A stretch of 64,000 bases of DNA from NCBI GenBank assembly GCA_017527155.1, contig JAFXQI010000026.1, positions 883 through 64,882 of the forward strand, written 5' to 3'. Under the pieces are notes generated by a model that made no database searches, was not told where the DNA came from, and was given only the letters and a program-made list of their open reading frames with translations. A program made the translations under genes and the position numbers. Within the stretch, counting starts at the first letter, position 1. Each line of letters begins with the position of its first letter. Positions 58,995-64,000 of the stretch are shown one piece after another. This DNA comes from Kiritimatiellia bacterium (GTDB taxonomy: Bacteria > Verrucomicrobiota > Kiritimatiellia > CAIQIC01 > Lenti-01).

Positions 58995-60140
58995 ATGAAG
59001 ATCACCATGCTGGGGCACAAGCGCTTCCCTTCGCGGGAGGGCGGCATCGAGGTCGTCGTCACCGAACTCGCCACGCGGATGGTCAAGCTCGGGCATACCG
59101 TCATCTGCCTCAACCGCCACGGACACCACGTCGCCGGCAAGGAGTACGACGACCGCCGCAACTGCATGGGCGCCGCCGGGGTATGGATCCACGACGTGTG
59201 GACCCTCGACCGCGCCGGGCTCGCCGCGATGACCTCCTCCGTCTCCGGCGCCGTGCGGGCCGCGCTCTCCGGCAGCGAAGTCGTGCACTTCCACGCGGAA
59301 GGGCCATGCGCGATGCTCTGGCTGCCCAAGCTCTTCGGCAAGCGCTGCATCGCCACCATCCACGGGCTCGACCACCAGCGCGCCAAGTGGGGGGCCTTCG
59401 CGCGGTGGTACATCATGTGCGGGGAGCGGATGGCCGCAAAGCGCGCCGACGAAATCATCGTCCTCAGCAAGCCGGTGCAGGAGTATTTCCGGAAAACCTA
59501 CGGCCGCGAAACGCGCCTCATCCCGAACGGCGTCTCCCCCGCGACGCCGCGCGCCGCCGACGAAATCGCGCGCCGCTGGGGCCTCGCCCGCCATTCCTAC
59601 ATCCTCTTCCTCGCCCGCATGGTCCCCGAGAAGGGCCTGCGCCGCCTCATCGAAGCCTTCAAGAAGGTCAAGACCGACAAGCGCCTCGTCCTCGCCGGCG
59701 GCCCCAGCGGCAGCGAAGCCTTCTACCGCGAGATGCAGGAGCTCGCCGCGGACGACCCGCGCATCCTCTTCACGGGGTTCGTCCAGGGCGCGCCCCTCGA
59801 GGAGCTGTTCTCCAACGCCTACCTTTTCGTCCTCCCCTCCGACCTCGAAGGCATGCCCCTGGCCCTCCTCGAGGCGATGGCCTACGGCAACGCCTGCCTC
59901 GTATCCGACATCCCCGAATGCACCGACGTCGCCGGCGGTGCCGCCCTCGTCTTCCACCTAGACGACCCCGACGGCCTCCGCCGCGCCCTCCAGGACGCCT
60001 GCGACCGGCCCGCCTCGCTCGACCCCCTCCGCGCCGCCGCCCCCGAACGCGTCCGCAAGCGCTTCGACTGGGACGACGTCGTCCGCCGCACCCTCCTCGC
60101 CTACGAGGGCAAGCCCGACGAACCGCCCCCCTCAGACTGA
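58995..60140 (+). CDS. family 4 glycosyltransferase (DUF1972-type N-domain)
   Basis: MKITMLGHKRFPSREGGIEVVVTELATRMVKLGH; C-terminal EGMPLALLEAMAYGNACLVSDIPE (E-x7-E region). Confidence 0.88.
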   Translation: MKITMLGHKRFPSREGGIEVVVTELATRMVKLGHTVICLNRHGHHVAGKEYDDRRNCMGAAGVWIHDVWTLDRAGLAAMTSSVSGAVRAALSGSEVVHFHAEGPCAMLWLPKLFGKRCIATIHGLDHQRAKWGAFARWYIMCGERMAAKRADEIIVLSKPVQEYFRKTYGRETRLIPNGVSPATPRAADEIARRWGLARHSYILFLARMVPEKGLRRLIEAFKKVKTDKRLVLAGGPSGSEAFYREMQELAADDPRILFTGFVQGAPLEELFSNAYLFVLPSDLEGMPLALLEAMAYGNACLVSDIPECTDVAGGAALVFHLDDPDGLRRALQDACDRPASLDPLRAAAPERVRKRFDWDDVVRRTLLAYEGKPDEPPPSD

Positions 60141-60212
60141 CCCGGCCGAACCGCCGGCCCGCTCCCCGCGAACCACCGAACCACCGAACCTCCGAACCTC
60201 CCCAATTCATCC

Positions 60213-61406
60213 ATGCCTCCCTCCACCAAGAAACTCAACGGAACCGTCATCGTCACCTACCGCTGCAACGCGCGCTGCTCCATGTGCAACCGCTACAAGG
60301 CGCCGTCGCGTCCCGAGGAAGAACTGACCGTCGAGACCCTGCGCAAGCTGCCGCCCATGTACTTCACCAACGTCACCGGCGGCGAACCCTTCATCCGCAC
60401 CGACCTCAAGGACGTCGTGCGCGAACTCTTCCGGCACAGCGACCGCATCGTCATCTCCACCAACGGCTTCTTCACCGACCGCATCGTCGACCTCTGCAAG
60501 GAATTCCCGCAGGTTGGCATCCGCATCTCCATCGAAGGCCTCGAAGCAACCAACAACGCCATCCGCGGCCTCCCCGACGGATACCGGCGCGGCTACGAAA
60601 CCCTCAAGACCCTCCGCAAGATGGGCATGAAGGACGTCGGCTTCGGCATGACCGTCCAGGACTGCAACGCCCCCGACCTCGTCCCCTTGTACGACATCTC
60701 CAACGAGTGGGGCATGGAATTCGCCACCGCCACCCTCCACAACAGTTTTTATTTCGTCGAGAACCACAACATCATCCACGACCGCCCCGCCGTCGCCGCC
60801 CATTTTGAGAAACTCATCTGCGCCCTCCTCAAGTCCAACTCCCCCAAGAAATGGTTCCGCGCCTACTTCAACCACGGCCTGATCAACTACATCTACGGGC
60901 AGAAGCGGCTGTTGCCGTGCGACATGAGCTTCGACACCTTCTTCATCGACCCCTACGGCGACGTCATGCCCTGCAACGGCACCAAGGACAAGGAAGTCAT
61001 GGGCAACCTCAACCGCCAGACGTGGGACGAGCTCTGGAACAGCCCCGAAGCCGACGCCGTCCGCCGCAAGGTCCGCCGCTGCACCCGCAACTGCTGGATG
61101 ATCGGCTCCGCCTCCCCGGCAATCCGCAAATACCTTCCGCGCCCCGCCTGGTGGGTGCTGCGCCACAAACTCCGCGCCCTCCTCGGCCTCAAACCCTACA
61201 GCATGTACGAACTCCCCGCCGTCCGCGCCCTCCGCGACGGCAAGGTGACGGCCGCCGAACTCGACGCCCTCTCCACCTGCGAACGCCCCGACGCCGTCAC
61301 GGACAACGGCCTGAGCGCCGCCTCCCGGGCCCAGCTCGCCTACTCCACCGGCGAAGCCATCGTCGCCGCCGACCCCGACGCCCAATCCCCCTCCCCCCCC
61401 CGCTGA
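60213..61406 (+). CDS. radical SAM protein with SPASM/twitch-like Cys-rich C-terminal region
   Basis: CNARCSMC (CxxxCxxC) at residues ~18-25, GGEPF, and a downstream Cys cluster (LLPCDMS...VMPCNG...RRCTRNCWM). Confidence 0.85.
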   Translation: MPPSTKKLNGTVIVTYRCNARCSMCNRYKAPSRPEEELTVETLRKLPPMYFTNVTGGEPFIRTDLKDVVRELFRHSDRIVISTNGFFTDRIVDLCKEFPQVGIRISIEGLEATNNAIRGLPDGYRRGYETLKTLRKMGMKDVGFGMTVQDCNAPDLVPLYDISNEWGMEFATATLHNSFYFVENHNIIHDRPAVAAHFEKLICALLKSNSPKKWFRAYFNHGLINYIYGQKRLLPCDMSFDTFFIDPYGDVMPCNGTKDKEVMGNLNRQTWDELWNSPEADAVRRKVRRCTRNCWMIGSASPAIRKYLPRPAWWVLRHKLRALLGLKPYSMYELPAVRALRDGKVTAAELDALSTCERPDAVTDNGLSAASRAQLAYSTGEAIVAADPDAQSPSPPR

Positions 61407-61546
61407 CCGCCCCTCCTCCCCCCACCCCCGCACCACCGCCGCCCCCTCCCACCCTCCTCCCGCCCTCCTCCCCCCCTCCTCCCGCCCCTCTCCCGCCCTC
61501 CCAGCCTCTCCATTCCTGTCCCCTCCCCCCCTCCGTCCAATCCAAG
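61407..61546 (+). repeat. extreme C-rich / G-poor tract (G-runs on the minus strand)
   Basis: By hand count about 10 G in ~134 nt. The opposite strand carries at least 10 runs of GGG or longer. It sits directly upstream of a UE copy. Confidence 0.8.
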
Positions 61547-61605
61547 CGCGATATCAAGGAAAACTCTTGATTTCCCGAAAGAGTTCCCCTATCCTTCCCC
61601 CCATG
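61547..61605 (+). promoter_or_regulatory. UE family copy whose ATGAA box is the start codon of P-family gene 2
   Basis: CGCGATATCAAGGAAAAC-N6-TTTCCC...CCTTCCCCCCATGAAAAC; ATG 61603 begins MKTEPIF. Confidence 0.5.
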
Positions 61606-62580
61606 AAAACCGAACCGATCTTCCCTCCCGGCTACCTCAAATCCCTCCGAGAACTCTGCTTCCCGGCCTTCGACCGCCGCTACACCACGCTCGCGGACCA
61701 ATTCCTCTTCCCTCTCGGTCTGGCTGCCTTCACCGGCGCCGTCGCCCTCCATCTCGCCTTCTACGGCGGCAAGACCCTCCTCGGCCGCATCCGCCGCCAC
61801 GTCTCCCCGCCCGAACCCCTCCCACCCGCCGCCCCCCAGGTTCCCGCATCCCTCCGGGGCATCCCCACGCCCGAGGACATCGAAGACATCTGGGACCTCG
61901 ACCCGCGCACCCTCTGCGGCCGCCTCCGCATCGGCTCCCGCCTGGCCGACCTGGAGCCGACGCTCGATTCCCGTTTCGTCTTCAAGAAAACCCGCAATGG
62001 ATCCCGCCGCATCGTCGCCCGCCAGCCCGGCCTCAAGGGCTGGATGAAGAAGCACCTTCCCTCCGTCAAATACTCCACCGCCATGCACTACAAGAAGCTG
62101 GCGACCCGCCTCCGCCAGCTGATTGGCCTCGACCCGCGCATCCCCCTCGAATGGCTCCTGCCCGACAACGAGGAAGACCTTTCCTCCCTCTCCGGAACCG
62201 ACCGCCAGGCCGCCGACCAGGCCCGCGCCAAGCTCGCCCGCCTCCTCGCCGACAATCCCAAGGTCACCCACCTCGTCCGTGCGGTGGAATCCAAGCTCGG
62301 CATCGTGCGGATGGTCACGATCCGCCGCATCCAGCCGCCGCGGCCCGGCCGCGGAAGGCGGCGGAAACCGATGGAAAACCAAGAGAATCCCTTGATATCG
62401 CGTGTATCCCGCGCCGGATTGGCCTTCACCGCGGACGAGATGCGGAGCCGGGCCTTCTGGGAGGCCGTCCGCAGGATACTGGGAGAGCGGAATCCCGATT
62501 CCGCGACCCGGCGCCTGCAAAGCGACATCCGCGACTGGCTCAACGCACCGCTCCAGGCCCGCCGGAACCGCCGCTGCTAG
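61603..62580 (+). CDS. P-family protein 2 (paralogue of 24930-25898)
   Basis: N-terminal TM helix. RLRIGSRLADLEPTLD, YSTAMHYKKLATRLRQL, PRIPLEWLLP. The track start 61567 is less likely than ATG 61603. Confidence 0.65.
   Translation: MKTEPIFPPGYLKSLRELCFPAFDRRYTTLADQFLFPLGLAAFTGAVALHLAFYGGKTLLGRIRRHVSPPEPLPPAAPQVPASLRGIPTPEDIEDIWDLDPRTLCGRLRIGSRLADLEPTLDSRFVFKKTRNGSRRIVARQPGLKGWMKKHLPSVKYSTAMHYKKLATRLRQLIGLDPRIPLEWLLPDNEEDLSSLSGTDRQAADQARAKLARLLADNPKVTHLVRAVESKLGIVRMVTIRRIQPPRPGRGRRRKPMENQENPLISRVSRAGLAFTADEMRSRAFWEAVRRILGERNPDSATRRLQSDIRDWLNAPLQARRNRRC
62360..62402 (-). repeat. partial UE copy (5' half) antisense inside P-family gene 2
   Basis: Minus strand reads CGCGATATCAAGGGATTC-N6-TTTTCC...TTTCCGCC. 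No ATGAA box at the expected distance. Confidence 0.5.
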
Positions 62581-62686
62581 AGCGGGACCCGCCCCGCTCA
62601 TGGCGGCACTGCGGGGATTTTTGGTTGCGCAGGGAGGGGGGGAAGGGTAGGATGCGCCCGATTCGACACAGAATGGAGAAAACAAG

Positions 62687-64000
62687 ATGACCAACAGCTT
62701 GAAGAAAATCCTGGCCGTGGCGCTCTGCCTCGCGGCCGGTCTGCCGGCGGCCCGCGCCGCGGACGAAGACCTGTTCGACCGGGCGCCCTGGTTCGCCACC
62801 GTCGGCGGCAACTACTACCACCTCGAAGGCGACATGGAAGCCGAGCCCGGCTTCGGCCTCTTCGGCAAACTCGGCTACAGCCTCAATTCCTGGTGGGACC
62901 TCGAAGGCGGCATCCATTACATGCCCGTCCTCGACGCCCGCAGCCAGAAGGACCTCAATCCCAGCGTCAAGGCCCTCGACGACGACACCTGGGGCCTCCG
63001 CCTCGGCATCGACGTCCTGCTGCACCTGCGCAACGCCGCCGACCGCCGCATCGATCCCTTCCTGAAGGCCGGGCCCTCCCTCACGATCTTCGGCGAGGAC
63101 CTCGACAACGGCAAGACCGAAGGCGGCGCCCACGCCGGCGCGGGCCTGTTCTACCACTTCGACGACGCCTGGGCGCTGCGCCTCGACGGCTCCGTCGGCG
63201 TGCAGGGCAAGGAGGCCGAGTTCTACGGCCTGGTCGAAGTCGGCGTCAGCTACCGCTTCGGCACCGCCCGCCACGTCGCCCCCGCCTACGCGATCGAAGC
63301 CGGCCCCGGCGACATCGACAGCGACGGCGACGGCCTGACCGACCGCGAGGAAGCCCGCCTCGGCACCGATCCCTACGATCCCGACACCGACGGCGATGGC
63401 CTCGGCGACGGCGACGAAGTCCGCGGCACCTACGCCCGCCTCGCCGGCGGCGATGCCGGCGACGGCGATGACGGCAGCGGCGCCTACCCCTACTCCGGCG
63501 CACCCACCGATCCCCTCAATCCCGACACCGACATGGACGGCCTCAAGGACGGCGCCGAAGTCCTCGCGTACAAGACCGATCCGCTCGATCCCGACACCGA
63601 CAAGGGCGGCGTCAGCGACGGCCACGAAGTCATCGAAGACGGCACCGACCCGCTCGACGCCTCCGACGACCTGCAGAAGTTCACCCTCCTCATCGAGTTC
63701 GACTACGACAAGGACTTCATCCGCCCGCAGTACTTCGCCGACCTCGAACCCGTCGTCAAGGTGCTCCGCCGCGATCCGACCGTCACGGTCCGCGTCGAAG
63801 GCCACGCCGACAAGCGCGCCAAGTCCCGCCGCGACTACAACCAGCGGCTGAGCGAGCGCCGCGCCCGGGCCGTCGCCAAGTACCTCGTCGAGAAGAGCGG
63901 CATCGACGCCTCCCGCGTGACCGCCGTCGGCTACGGCTTCGACCGCCCGATCTTCCCGAACGACACCGAAGAGCACATGCAGCACAACCGCCGCACCGAC
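62687..64000 (+). CDS. OmpA-family outer-membrane protein with thrombospondin type-3-like Ca-binding repeats (3' partial)
   Basis: Not in the ORF track because it runs off the window end. GGAGAA RBS then ATG 62687. Signal peptide and beta-barrel N-domain. Repeats [52 protein letters not shown]. OmpA_C motif ([24 protein letters not shown]). Confidence 0.88.
   Translation, partial: MTNSLKKILAVALCLAAGLPAARAADEDLFDRAPWFATVGGNYYHLEGDMEAEPGFGLFGKLGYSLNSWWDLEGGIHYMPVLDARSQKDLNPSVKALDDDTWGLRLGIDVLLHLRNAADRRIDPFLKAGPSLTIFGEDLDNGKTEGGAHAGAGLFYHFDDAWALRLDGSVGVQGKEAEFYGLVEVGVSYRFGTARHVAPAYAIEAGPGDIDSDGDGLTDREEARLGTDPYDPDTDGDGLGDGDEVRGTYARLAGGDAGDGDDGSGAYPYSGAPTDPLNPDTDMDGLKDGAEVLAYKTDPLDPDTDKGGVSDGHEVIEDGTDPLDASDDLQKFTLLIEFDYDKDFIRPQYFADLEPVVKVLRRDPTVTVRVEGHADKRAKSRRDYNQRLSERRARAVAKYLVEKSGIDASRVTAVGYGFDRPIFPNDTEEHMQHNRRTD

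Overview
High-GC bacterial chromosomal fragment, roughly two-thirds G+C by eye (not computed). I support about 46 protein genes, 2 tRNAs and an unusually dense set of intergenic repeats. Housekeeping genes: cysE, pyrH-frr, a yqeY-like gene, ugd, tRNA-Leu(CAG), alr, tRNA-Met(CAU), malic enzyme, secA-pcnB. Envelope and surface genes: a CE4 deacetylase, an M23 peptidase, two prepilin-type (pseudopilin-like) proteins, a GT4 plus radical-SAM pair, and an OmpA/TSP3 protein. One minus-strand operon runs GT2 -> secreted protein -> 1545-aa CARDB/lipase/cadherin protein -> 851-aa Ig-domain protein. The pseudopilin-like proteins and the repeat content suggest a PVC-group organism (Kiritimatiellota, Verrucomicrobiota or Lentisphaerota); this is inference only. 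Most notable observations: (1) A ~155-bp AT-rich element made of 5-6 copies of the 19-bp palindrome TTTTCCAA-N3-TTGGAAAA, with fixed 22-30-22-31-31 bp spacing. It occurs four times plus one solo copy, and two copies bracket a membrane-protein gene. (2) An RND efflux operon whose adaptor gene is separated from the pump gene by a ~6.7-kb accessory island. The island holds a YhcG-type nuclease, VapBC, GrpB, a LysM protein and two paralogous membrane proteins. The RND and TolC-like parts of the pump form one uninterrupted ORF. (3) A ~60-nt upstream element (GGAAAAY box, TTTYCC box, then CCATGAA 44-48 nt downstream) present at 13 loci. (4) Tandem 10-nt palindromic repeats (TGCAATCGAT)n placed like bidirectional terminators, plus other hairpins whose arms are 8-9-nt micro-tandem repeats. 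(5) Two uncharacterised paralogue families. (6) A REC-PP2C / HPt / nucleotidyltransferase / SRAP operon. I recognised no integrase, transposase, cas gene, reverse transcriptase or phage structural gene. Many very long ORFs in the track are antisense or alternate-frame artefacts of high GC.
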